Origin: Fonticula alba ATCC 38817 | Taxonomy: Eukaryota; Protista; Nucleariida | DNA: 35,865 bases | Strand: one strand, 5' to 3' | Assembly: GCA_000388065.2 (NCBI GenBank) | Contig: KB932203.1 | Shown here: in pieces, positions 17,899 through 29,607 of the stretch | How positions within the stretch are numbered: position 1 is the stretch's first letter | Layout: the number at the start of each line of letters is the position of its first letter | Notes under the pieces: model-generated | Seen by the model: the letters and a program-made list of their open reading frames with translations, nothing else | Told to the model about the DNA's origin: nothing | The model's database searches: none | Translations under genes and position numbers: made by a program

Positions 17899-20800
17899 AT
17901 GCCAGTCGGGGGCCTCTGGCGCCAATGCGTCGCGGGCCTCCTGCTGCTGCTGCTGCTGCTACTGGCCGTGTCGGCTCGGGCCCACGGCCGGTCCTCCTCT
18001 CCCTCTGTGGTGGGCTCAGGCGGGGTACCCAGGCGCGCGGCCCCCGAACAGCGACATCTCGATGCCCGACTGCTTGACTGTCAGCCGGGCGAATACTTCC
18101 ACGGTGCGCCAGCCCCCCCTCTGCCCGCGTCCTGCCGGATGGGGTGATTGCCGGACCCCGAGCAGTGCCTCACCTACCCCCCCCCCCCCCCCATTCCCTC
18201 CTCCTCCCCCTCGGGCAGATGACCTTGCCAAGTGCGAGCCCTGCGATGTGACATGTGCAACATGCACCGGCCCGGGCCCGACGGCTTGCTCATCCTGCGG
18301 CGACGGCCGCTGGTTTTGGGAGGCTACCTGTGTGACGGTCTGCCCGCAGGGCACCGGGCCGGACCCGCCGGCCCCCGAGCCCGCCCCACCGACCACGATG
18401 GCCGCCACCGCCGCCGCCTTCCGCGTGTGTCTCCCCTGCTTTGATCCCCTGTGTGCGATTTGCCCTTCGCCCTTCGCCCGGAGTTGCACCCTCTGCGCCC
18501 CGGGGCTGCTGCTGATGCAGGGGGCCTGCGCGCGGGACTGTGCCCCTGGGTGGGCCCCCTCGCGTGACGGGCTCTCCTGCATTCGCCGGGCCGATCGGGC
18601 CAATCCCGACCGGAACAACACGCGCACCGACAGCACGTCGGTCTTCGCCATCGCCTTCCTCGGGGCCTTCATGGGGCTCTTTCTGCTGCTGTGGATCTTC
18701 TACCCGCGGGAAAACCGCCGGCGTCTGGTTGCTCTGGCCAAGGCGTCGGCCATCTCGCAGCGGGTACGCCATCGGGCCCGGCGCTCCTGCCCCGCTCCTT
18801 GCCCCTCGGCCACTCGCCTCCGCGCCTTCCGGCCGTATCTGACCCCCCCCCCCCNNNNNNNNNNNNNNNNNNNNNNNNNNNNNNNNNNNNNNNNNNNNNN
18901 NNNNNNNNNNNNNNNNNNNNNNNNNNNNNNNNNNNNNNNNNNNNNNNNNNNNNNNNNNNNNNNNNNNNNNNNNNNNNNNNNNNNNNNNNNNNNNNNNNNN
19001 NNNNNNNNNNNNNNNNNNNNNNNNNNNNNNNNNNNNNNNNNNNNNNNNNNNNNNNNNNNNNNNNCCCTCCCGCAGAACCAGTACATCATGCAGCCGCTGC
19101 TGGAAAACATGAAGCTAGATGATGAGAGCGAGGAGTTTGGTGCGTGCACGGCCCTCCTGGACCCCCCCCCCTCCTTTGCCTGCCACTCCGCCAGCTCCCC
19201 CTCCCTTTGCCTTTCGCCTGACCCCTGCTCGGCGCCTGCCCGGGCTCCCATGCTGACCCTGCCGCGCACAGAGGTCACGCGGCCCCTCCTGCCGGACAAC
19301 CTGCACATCGACCTGGACGATGGGCAATTCATCTTCACCGAGAGCCACACCACCATTCGCGGGCATCTGGTCAGCCTGAATGAGTTCGACCAGAACTCGC
19401 GGCCGACCCTCCCCCCGCCGGCCGGGCTCGACGCGTCCGAGTCCACGGCCGGCCTCTGGCCTCCGGCCGCCGATGGGGCAGAGTACATCGATGTCCCCAC
19501 GCCGTTGCGCAACAACTTCTACCCGGATTCTTCGGCGGCCTACGGCATGCTCGGCTCGCGCATGTACTTCGATGTGTCGTACCTGCGCCGGCGGGGCCCC
19601 CAGCCCCGGCGCGTGGTCCCGGCGGTTTTCAACAACCGCAATGTCGACGTCCACTTCCCACGCAGTGCGTGCTGTCCGATGCCGGGCCCGCCGATTGTCG
19701 GTGTCCTTTTGTTTCTCTGACCGACCCGCGTGCATCATCCTGCCCCTGCTGCCGGGGGCGTCTCTCTTCCTCTCACCTCGCCCGTGACCTCCTGTCGTCT
19801 TGTGCCACAGCCGGCGAGAATGAGGCCCTGATGAATGAAATCGAGATCCTTTGGTGCGTTCCTCGATGCCTGGCGTCCCTCTGCTTGGTTTCCCTTCTTG
19901 CCCTTCTCCTTTCTCGGTCCTCCCCGTTGCCTGCCCTTCCGCGTCCTCTTGGCTTGCTCTTCATCTCTTCCTTGTCCCTTTACCCGACGCCCGGTCTGAC
20001 ACCGCCCCTTTCTCCCCCCCCCCCCCCTCGGCCCCTCGGTCCCTCGGTCCCTCGTCCATCGCCCCATTTCACAACAGGAAACTCCTCCCCTCGCGCAACG
20101 TGGTGGAGCTGATCGGCTATTCGCAGGTCCCCTCCGATGAGTATGATCTCGACCGCGTCAAGGACGAAGGCATGGGCGGGCTTTCGCCGCCACCGCCGCC
20201 AGGCGGTTCACTTGGGCTGGATCTCGAGGCCGGCGAGCCGACCCCCCTGCCCGCGGTGTCGCACCTCGTCACCAATGCCATGATCGTGGCCCAATATCCG
20301 ATGACCCTTCGCTGGCTCATCGAGCGGGAGAGCCTGTTCGACGTGTTCGGCCTGGCCATGGACATCGGTACGTTGGAATGCCCGGCCCCATGCTCTGCCC
20401 CCCCCCCCCCTTCCCCCGCCCCCCCTCCCATGTGCCTGGCCCCTGCCGCCTCTCTTGCAAGTGGCTCACCGCTCCTCTGCTCGCTCCCCTGTCTTCTCTC
20501 TCTCCCTCTCCCTCTCTCGGCCCGGGTCCTTGGCAGCTCGCGGCCTCATGGCCATTCATGGTGCCAAACTCGTTCACCGGGCCATCCGCAGTGAGAACAT
20601 CTTCATCGAAATGCAGGACGTCCGGTACCTCCTCGACCCGTTCATGGACATCGGCCGGGTGTCCGAGCGGAACTCCTACTACCACCATGGTAAGGGCAGC
20701 ACCGGGGCCAGCTTCTCGGCCGACCCGGGCGCCAGCGCGCTGCCCATCGTCCTGGCCCCCTTCCTGGACCCGGCGCCGGATGCCAGCAGCGGGTACGGGG

Positions 20801-21545
20801 GGGACGCCAGTGCGCCATCCTCGGCCCGGGCATCCTTCGCCTCGGGCCGGGATGTCGGTCGCAGCTCCACCTACTCGGCTGGCGGGACCAGTGCTCGGCC
20901 CTCGCTTGCCTATAGCCGGCCTTCCGGGGGCTTTGGCCGGTCTTCGTCGGTGGCGGCGACGGCAGCCGCGGCCGCGGCCGCCGCCACCGCCGCCGCCGCC
21001 TCCCTCAGTCGGCCCTCCTCGCGGGCCATGTCGCGCTCGGTCTCCCGGGCCTCACTCCACCAGCGTGGCCGCGAGGGCTTGTCGGTGGCCGAGCGCGAGG
21101 AGGAGGAACGCGCCTACCTGGCGGCTCTGTCCGAGGAGCAGGCCCTGCGCATGACCCTTCCCCGGCGTGTGGCGCGCATTGGCGGCTTTGCCGATGCTCG
21201 CCTGCCCCTGTCGGCCATGGACCCGCCCGTGGTGACCACCGCGCGCGAGGCGGCCCACGCGTCGCCGGAGATCCTGCGCGGCTGGCGCAACAACACGCCG
21301 GTCTATCGCGACGAGTGGCGCCAGTCGGACATCTTCGCCTTCGGTGTGGTTGTCTGGGAGATGCTCTTCCGCGGGACCGCATGGGCTGGTGCGTGTGTCT
21401 GGTGCCCCTGGGCCTGTCTGTCGGCCGTCCCTGTTCCGTCTCGCCCCTTCCGCTGCTCGGCCTCCCCCCCCCCCCCCCCCCCCCTGCCTGGCCCTGCCTG
21501 CTGCTTTCATCCCCTCGCATCCGCCCACACCTCCGCACCTGCGCC

Positions 21546-21578
<33 letters not shown>

Positions 21579-21618
21579 CTCCCTCATCTCTCACTCACAC
21601 ACCTACACACTTACACTT

Positions 21619-21663
<45 letters not shown>

Positions 21664-24600
21664 TGAGACCGCCAGTACCATCGCCGACCGAGTCCTCGTC
21701 GGCGATCGCCTTCCCTTCAGCTTCGGTACCGAGGGTGCTCCGGCACCCGGCTCGCTGGCCGCCGTGGCCTCCATGCCGGGGAGCGTGCTCGCGGCGCAGC
21801 AGGCCGCCCGCGCGGCTACCCTGGCCCTGCAGCAGGCCGCCGCACTGGACCTGTATCCCCCCGGCACAGTCCCCTCCACCGCGGCGCCCTCCCCCTCGCG
21901 CCTGTCACTGGACCACACCGGGGCCGGCGCCGGGCCCGGCTACCCCCCGGCCATGGAGCACTACCACTTGGACTCCGATGGCCCGGCCCCGGGCACCGGA
22001 GCCTTCGGCTCGTCCTCGAATCTGGCTGGCCCCGGGCCCGGCGCCGGGGCCACTTCCCCGACACTGGCGGCCCTCTCGCGGCCCACCACCCCGGGTCCCT
22101 TCTCCCCGCGGATCAGCATGTCGAGCGATGGGACTCCGGCGGCGGCGGCCACCGCGGCGGCGGCGGCGGCCGCTGCATCGGCGGCCGCTGCCGCCACGGC
22201 GGCCATCACGGGCGCCGCCCCCGGCGCCCATGGGCTCCCCCCGGCGCCGCTGATGACCGCATCCCAGGGCGGCGCCTCGGCGCCGGTTCTCTCCTCGGCC
22301 GCCCTCTCGGCCTCGATTCAGGCATCCCCCTCGACACAGCGGCTGATGTCCTTCGGCCGGCGGGGCACCCTCTCCCGCGGCCAGTCAGGCAGCAACGCCG
22401 CCGGCACCAGTGGCGGCGGCGGTAGCGGCAGCGGCAGCGGCGGCACTCGTGCCGATGCGCAGCGCCGCATGCGCCTGCCAACCGCCGACCCGGACGCCAC
22501 CTCCTCGGAGAGCGACAGTGACGACCGGTCCGGGTCCGGGTCCGGGTCCGACTCGGACTTCGGGTCTGATTCCGACCCGGACCTCGGGCCGGATGGGCGC
22601 TTCGGCCGGACGGCGGGCCTCGGCAGCCCCACCGGCATGGACGGCGGGGACTTCCTCCTGACTCGGACCACCGACGGGGAGTCAGCCGCCGGGGATGGCT
22701 CGGACCCCGGGTCCCGGCGTCCCTCGCACTATCTGGAGCGCTACGAGAGCTACGACCCGTCTCCATATGCCGATGGCATGGCCATGGGCCCGGGCCAGCA
22801 GGCCGGCTATGACAGCGACTTCAATGGGTCCGCCGCGTCACGTCGGTCGCGGGCCGATCGTCGCGCGGTTCCCGAATCCCCGCGGCCCTCCTTCGGCACG
22901 TCGGGCAGTCTCCTCAATCTGGACCCCTTCCGCATGGCCAGCGACCTGATCCAGGGCGCGCGCAGCCGCAGCCGCAGTCGCAGCCGCAGCCGCAGCCGCA
23001 GCCGCAGCCGCAGCCGTGTGGCATCGGCGCTCAGCGGGGGTCACCGTGGGGACAGCCGCAGTCGGAGCACCAGCCGCGCCGGCACGCGCCTCGTCAACCC
23101 GGAACCCGAGCAGGTCCTCGAGTCCATCCTCAACACGGACTTCGATGAGGTGGCCGCGCCGGTGGCGGGCCCCGGGCCCCCGGGCCACCTGCTCGGAGAT
23201 CCGGACCTGGAGCCGACGTCCGGCAGTTCGCTGCAAGTGGCGGCCCTGATGCGCGGGTCCTCCGATCGGTCGCTCCTGGGGGCTGGCATTGGCGGGGGGC
23301 CCGGGGGCAGTGGCCCGGTCGGGTCCATCGATCGGGCCGGCGGGCCCGGGTCACTGCTCGGCACGGCCGACTCCGCCGGCGGGGGAGCCCCCTTCACTCC
23401 ACACATGGACTTCGACGGGACCGGCTCCTCCTTCGATCATGGCATTGTCGAGGCGGTGAGTGGCTTCACCGCTGGCGATGGGCAGCCCAGCGCGCACCCG
23501 GCCACCAGCGGCAGCAGCGGCATCCCCCCGGCCGAGGGCGGGCTCCATGCTCCCCGGACGGATGTGCTGGTTGATGCGGCGGCGCCGGGGCCGGCCTCGG
23601 CCTCAGGCCCGGGCCCCATGGCGACCGACAGCCGGGCCGCCAGCCCGACCCATCCGGGCCCCGATGTCCCCCTGGGGCCTGGGGCTTCCTTCCCGGCGGC
23701 GGGCCTGGACCTGGGTCCCGGTGGGGTCCGGCTGCCTCCCGGGCTGGAGGGCCTGCCCGGGCTGGATCTGCCGCCGGATCTGGTCAACATGGTGGAGGAC
23801 CACCTGCCGGATGCCGACCTGCCGGACCTCCTGTCGCTGAAGTTGGACTTTACGGACCTGCAGGCGCCGGGGGCCGGGGCGGGCGCCGGGCCCAGCCCCG
23901 GGCCCAGCCCCGGGCCCATGGCCATGCCGGCCACCCCGCTGGACGCCACGGGCGGCATGCCGGGTGAGGGCTTCCGGTCGGCCTCCCGGGCGTCGGTCCG
24001 GTCATCCCCGCGGAGTAGCTTCAGCGCGCGCCTTGGCGGCGGCGGCGGCGGCGGCGAGCTTGATTCTTCCAGCTCATCCGGCAGTCTGGCCGGGGACTCG
24101 GCGGCGGCCATCGCCGCGGCGGCCTCCAGTGCCGGCATCAATCGCGTCCCCTCGACGCATCTGCTCAACTACGACTACGACCCGTACATGCACCTGGGCG
24201 CCGGCAATGCCGGGGGGTCGACCTCGCGCTCCGGCAGCGCCCGGCCCTCCTTCTACCAGAGCTCCTCCTCGCTGGGGCTCCCCTCGTCATCCGGGGCCGG
24301 TGGCAGCGGCAACGGCGGCGGCGGGCTGGTGTCCAGCATCAGCTCGACGCTGTATGGCGCGGCGGCCATCGCCATGGCGGCCACCAGTGCCGTGACCAGC
24401 CTCCTGCCGCTGGACCACGACGCGGTGGCCGCCGGCGATAACTTGCGGGATTATGTCGAGGGCGAGGCCATCGAGGCCCCGCCGGACTTCGATCCGCTGG
24501 TCGATGGGATTCATGATGTGCTGCTGCCGAGCAGCAGTCGCCTGTCGCTGGCTCTGTCGGCGGTCACCGGGGCCAGCGATCGGGACGATCCCTTCGACCC

Positions 24601-25123
24601 GGCCGACGCCGATGACCTGGTCCAGCGGCTGAGCTTCGCCGCGCACGGGTCCTTCGGCGGGTCGACCGGGCAGCTGCCCGGCGGGGCGGCCGGTACCGGC
24701 CGCGCCTCCGACCGGGACTTCAATGACGAGGCGCTGCTGGTCAGCATCCCGACAACCGCCGGGGCGACGCACGTGCAGGCTCGCACCCCGCGCGAGACCT
24801 TGACCCAGGTGGTGAGCTCGTGCTGGGATGTGCACGGCCGGGCCCGGCCGCGCGCCGCGGCCATCGTCGACACCCTGGCCTCGTGCTCCAGCATCGGAGC
24901 CGGCGCCCGGCCCGGCGGGGGGTCCAGCGCCCGGCCCAGCTTCGAGCAGGCGTCCAGCCGCCGGGGGTCCTTCGCGGTCAGTGGCCCTGGCAGTCGCCGG
25001 GGCTCCTTTTCCGCCAACAGTGCCCGAGCCAGTGCGACGGCCAGCCGTCGGGGCTCCTTCGCCGTGCCCGGCCAGGGCGGTTCCGGCCCCGGAGCCACCT
25101 ACTCCCTCAGCCAATATCGGTAG
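17899..25123 (+). CDS. Single-pass receptor with furin-like Cys-rich repeats and a degenerate TKL/TK-type (pseudo)kinase domain; 8 exons, about 1950 aa
   Basis: Exons 17899-18103, 18219-18763, 19076-19139, 19272-19664, 19811-19853, 20078-20367, 20537-21388, 21663-25123 (sum 5853 nt). Signal peptide MPVGGLWRQCVAGLLLLLLLLLAVSARA. Furin-like repeats CEPCDVTCATCTGPGPTACSSC and CLPCFDPLCAIC..SCTLC. TM VFAIAFLGAFMGLFLLLWIFY. Kinase motifs LMNEIEILW, RNVVELIGY, DIARGLMAIH..VHRAIRSENIF, SPE, SDIFAFGVVVWEM, GDRLP, SCW..RARP. One intron contains an N-gap. Confidence 0.85.
21548..21661. repeat. Imperfect (CA)n microsatellite filling the 3' half of pseudokinase intron 7
   Basis: Read directly. It ends at the CAG acceptor (21662). 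Confidence 0.9.
22961..23017 (+). repeat. Coding hexamer repeat (CGCAGY)9 encoding (RS)9R
   Basis: Nine units, one of them a CGCAGT variant, in frame in the last pseudokinase exon. Confidence 0.9.
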
Positions 25124-26545
25124 CGGCGGCAGCGGCGGCACACCCGGCCACCTCGCTGGTACACACCCATATGCATTCATTGGCACCTCCTCTGTGACCA
25201 CCCAGTTACAATAGAATCCAGTTTAGTCCGCGTGCACACGTGACGCCTGTCAAAGATGAATAGCCCACGATTGCGGGGCCGGCTTGCTGGCCCGTGAATG
25301 TGTGGACGATGTCCAGATCGCATGGGCAGCACCCGCCGGGCGGGGCCCCGCCGGCCCGGGCGGCTGGGGTGTGTGTGTCCGTGGCCGCTGGGCGTGCACT
25401 TGTCGCATGTGCGCTTGTTGCATGAGTGCGTTTGTGTGCGTGTGTGTGTGTGTGTGTGTGTGCGTTTGTATGTCGAACGGGCACCCTTCTTTCGGCCTTG
25501 CCCGCGGGCGCTGGCCAACCAGGGGACCCCTTTCCTCCTTCCTCGCCGGTGTGTGCGCCAGTCTGGGGTCCATGCCAGGGCACGCTGGTGGCCGGGATAA
25601 TCATGTTGTGTGCAGAGGGGCCCGGGCCCACGAGCGGGCCGGATGGGGTGTCTTGCTTGGTCGGCAGCTCCCCGGGCGACGGACCCTCCTGCTCGCCGGA
25701 GTGAGGGGCCCCCCTCGGGCGCACTCCTCTTCTGCTGAGCCAATCCCAGGCGACCCTGTCTTCTACGCGCGAGGGGCGAGGCGGGGGGGGGGGCAGGGGG
25801 GGGGCGATGTGTGACCCGCCTGGCTGCCGTCTGTCGGGCCAGGGAATCTGGCGCCCGTCCTGCCCTTTCCCGACCAAGCTCATTGTCGGCCCCTGGCCCG
25901 GCCACTTTCATGCTCCCTCTCTGCACATCCACCCGCGAGAGCGTGAATTCCGGCCTGGGGACAGGGCAGCCCGAGTGACCTCGCCCTTGGGGCAGAACAG
26001 GATGGCTTGAACAGGGGGCTTTTTTTTCGCAGGCCCTTTCCCTTGTCCCCGGGGAGCTCGAGATGTCATGTCGCCTGCCTCACCGGCCCGCCCGACCGCC
26101 ACATATCTGGGGCATTTTTCGGCCTATCACATATGGCAGGTCTTGACTTGGCCGGATGTCCTCTGGGCGCAATCGGGGCGCGGCGGGGGGGGGGGGGCAA
26201 CAGCCAGCCATATCGCGACATCCAGGCCTCACACTCGGGGAGATGAGTGACGCCAGAGCATACACACACATACACACACACAGACACGCAGGTCTACACG
26301 GTACTCTGCCGACCAGTCTCCGGAGGAGCCCGCCCGCCAGGCATGCGGCTCATCTGTATTGCTCTCCGGCACTACAATGCCGGCTGGCCCTGTGCATTAT
26401 TTGTGGCAGACCACTACGTCAGGCAGTTGCGCAGCACTCAGGGGCACCCCGCTCATTCCTCCCTCCCTTCTAAGCATTGCACAACTCCCCCGCCTTTCGC
26501 TCCCCCACTATTGCCGGCGGCTCGAACAGTCATCCCCCAGAACAC

Positions 26546-26577
<32 letters not shown>

Positions 26578-26988
26578 NNNNNNNNNNNNNNNNNNNNNNN
26601 NNNNNNNNNNNNNNNNNNNNNNNNNNNNNNNNNNNNNNNNNNNNNNNNNNNNNNNNNNNNNNNNNNNNNNNNNNNNNNNNNNNNNNNNNNNNNNNNNNNN
26701 NNNNNNNNNNNNNNNNNNNNNNNNNNNNNNNNNNNNNNNNNNNNNNNNNNNNNNNNNNNNNNNNNNNNNNNNNNNNNNNNNNNNNNNNNNNNNNNNNNNN
26801 NNNNNNNNNNNNNNNNNNNNNNNNNNNNNNNNNNNNNNNNNNNNNNNNNNNNNNNNNNNNNNNNNNNNNNNNNNNNNNNNNNNNNNNNNNNNNNNNNNNN
26901 NNNNNNNNNNNNNNNNNNNNNNNNNNNNNNNNNNNNNNNNNNNNNNNNNNNNNNNNNNNNNNACACATACACACACACACACACACAC

Positions 26989-29448
26989 ATGGTCTGGGAG
27001 TCGGGTTACACGCCAGGCGGGCCTGACGGGCCATCCCCGTCGGCCGCTCGGGCGCCCCTGCCGCCGGACGTGGAGATCTCCACCCAGCCCGACCCTGCCG
27101 AAGAGGGCAGCCTCCGGACCAATGTCTTCATCCCCGCCTCATGCTACACTCGGGCCGGCTATCGGCCGCTCGGCTGCCAGTCGGATGCCGGGTCGGCAGG
27201 CGACTCGCGCGCCTCCAGCGATGAGGACCTGGAAAAGGTGCCGGAGGCCCGGGCAACCGAGTCGCGGCCGGGCCTCGACTTGCCACCGGACACCAAGCCC
27301 ATCTCCCCGGGGGGGAAGGCCCCCCGGCGTCGAGGCCGTCGGGGCCGATCGCACACCCGGCGCCGGTCCCGGAGCCGGCTGGCTCGCATGGCCCAGTCCC
27401 TGAAGACATTGCTGCTCTGCGGCATGGTGTACTCCGACTCCGATGACGAGGGCGACGCCGGGGCCTGTGACAACAGTGGTGGCGGTGGTGGCTCGGGCCA
27501 CGCGCAGCAGCCTCTGCTGGCCGCGGCCACGCCGCAGGTGGCCATCGATCCCCAACTGTACCGGGACACCCTGCAAATTGTCATGTCGTACGTTCCCGGC
27601 ATCGAGGCTGCTGCATCCCCATCGCCATCCTGCCTGTCGGCTGCCCTGCTCGGGCTCTGGCCCGCATCGGGCCTGCGAGGAGGAGACGAGGGGCCCGAGG
27701 TGCATTGACCACGCCAGACTAACCCACTTCCCACGGGCGGCGCCCGGGCCGTTGGCGAACCACCCCATGCCCGAAGCCACCTGTCCGAGATGAATGAGTC
27801 CGGCGATCCGCGCGGCATGGACAGCAACATGGACGACTTCGACTCGGACTCCGATTCGGACTCCGATGATGAGGGGATGGCCGCCGGGCGTGCGATGCGC
27901 CGTGCGGGCGCCGGCTCGGAGGCAAACGCCGCCGGCGGCTTTTCCGCCTTCCACCCGGGCGGCTCGCCGCCGCCGAGTTACTCGGACGGCGCGCAAAGCG
28001 GCACCGATGACGACCTGCCGGACACCGGCGAGGCGGGCATCCTGCTGCGGCACCGGGCCGGCGCGGCCTCGAGCACCGGGCGCCCGGGGTCCGGCAGCCT
28101 GGGGCCCCTCCTGGCGGGCAACGGCGGCTCCCGGCATCCCAACCACCACCACCACCACGACCACCACCAGTCGACAGGCCGACTGCCATACCAACAACCC
28201 CAGCACGGCTCGGGGCCGCTGCACGGGCCCTTCTCCGACCGGCCGGCTGGGGCCCTTTTGCCGGTCGGCGGCCGGGGACGAGCACGCTCGCCTCATGCGT
28301 CCGGGTCCCGGCGGCCCGGCATGCCGGCCGGCCCGCAGCCCCCGCCAGCCGGTCCGTCAGCACCGCCCCCGGGCCAGCGTCTGGACTACTTCCGCCCGGC
28401 ACCCGGCCATCCGCAATACCAATCCGGGCATGTGCCGTCGCCATCGCAGCCGCAGCCACAGCCACAGCCGCACACCGGGTATGCCCCGCTGCCGGGGCTG
28501 GTGCCCCCGCCCAGCAGCAACCCGGACCTGGTCCGGGCCCAGGTCAACTACCGGGGATGGCACTTCACCATCAAGAACAAAACCAACCAGCGGGTGGCCA
28601 TCCTCGTGTCGTACGATCGCCACGAGCGCTACATGACACAGATGTCCATACAGATGAACAACCTCGGCATGGCCTTGAGCTTCACCCGGAGCCTGCTGGG
28701 CTTGGGGCACCCGCAAACCGAGATCGAGCTGAATGGCATCAAGCGCAAGACCCACATCAAGGCCATCACGCGCTTCGTCTATGTGAGCGCCTTCTACGAG
28801 CGCTGGGCTCGGGCCAAGTGCCCGATGGGCCCGGCCCCGCCGGCCGACTGCCCCACCACCTGGGACCCGGAGCAGGCCCCCAACGGCATGTACAGCCCGC
28901 AGGACCCGCGCCTCTGGCGCCATGGCTTGCCTCCGCTGACCAGCGAGCCGGGCCCCTCGCCGGTGACCCCGGGCCCGGCGCCCCTGCCGCCGATGGTCCC
29001 CGGCCCGCCGGGGTACATCGGCCCGCGCGATGACCCGGCCCAGACCACCGCGCCGGATGCCGGGGAAGCCCCCAGCGCGCGCCCGGGCCGCGACGATGAG
29101 GATGACGATGAGATCCCCCTCGGCGGTCTCCCCGGGACCGGGGAGCTGGTGCCGGCTCGGGCCCCGCGGCCACCGCGCGAGCGCGTTTGGCTCTTCCGCA
29201 ACCGCATCTGCCGGTACAACGGCCACATCACCCTGCGCCTGCCGATGTTCGACAACATCCAACTGGTGGAACCCATCCCGGAGGACGGCCCGATCGGGGG
29301 CGGTGGCCTGCCCTTGCGTAGCCTGGCCACTGTGGCCACCGGCACCGGAGCCTACTCCCTCGGTGAGGCTGGCGGCATGCTGGCCCTGGACCCCGGCCAG
29401 GAGCGCCAGCTGCATCATGCCCCTGAGCACGTTCCCCCGGGCCTGTGA
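26989..29448 (+). CDS. Hypothetical protein: long disordered acidic/His/Pro-rich N-terminus plus a beta-rich C-terminal domain; 2 exons (26989-27587, 27777-29448), about 756 aa; start uncertain (next to a gap)
   Basis: Two in-register ORFs are joined by a GTACGT donor (27588), ACTAAC branch site (27718-27723) and the first downstream AG (27776), giving LQIVMS|HLSEMNES. Protein-like segment WHFTIKNKTNQRVAILVSYDRHERYMTQMSIQMNNLGMALSFTRS..RFVYVSAFYERW with strong G/C third-position bias. Confidence 0.7.
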
Positions 29449-29520
29449 GCCTCGATAGCCTGCCCTCGCCGGGACCAGTCCGCCCCGGGGGCATATGTCA
29501 TTTGTCACTTGATATCAGCT

Positions 29521-29538
29521 GCCTGCCTGCCTGCCTGT

Positions 29539-29607
<69 letters not shown>

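Larger units (their letters stand above)
1690..26962. other. Seven assembly gaps: 1690-1920, 3977-3986, 4431-4930, 5840-6203, 6599-6608, 18855-19064, 26578-26962
   Basis: N-runs, mostly flanked by poly-G/poly-C or dinucleotide repeats. All are intronic or intergenic in my models. Confidence 0.99.

Noticed and set aside
17381-19720. 779-aa ORF as a single protein; likewise 5798-7702, 8415-11735, 21344-25123 and 29960-32104 with their listed starts
   Set aside because: They read through introns, microsatellites or N-gaps. The spliced models give proper signal peptides and domain continuity.
25124-26577. Possible extra gene between the pseudokinase and the unknown protein (ORFs 25177-25932, 25206-25883, 26247-27026)
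   Set aside because: No consistent codon bias, recognisable motif or convincing donor/branch/acceptor set. The ORFs run through (GT)n/(CA)n. A UTR or non-coding exon cannot be excluded.
27700-27789. Alternative 90-nt intron (GTGCAT..GAG) in the unknown protein
   Set aside because: It is also frame-compatible, but the donor lacks +5G and skips the first AG after the ACTAAC branch site. The 27588-27776 intron fits better.
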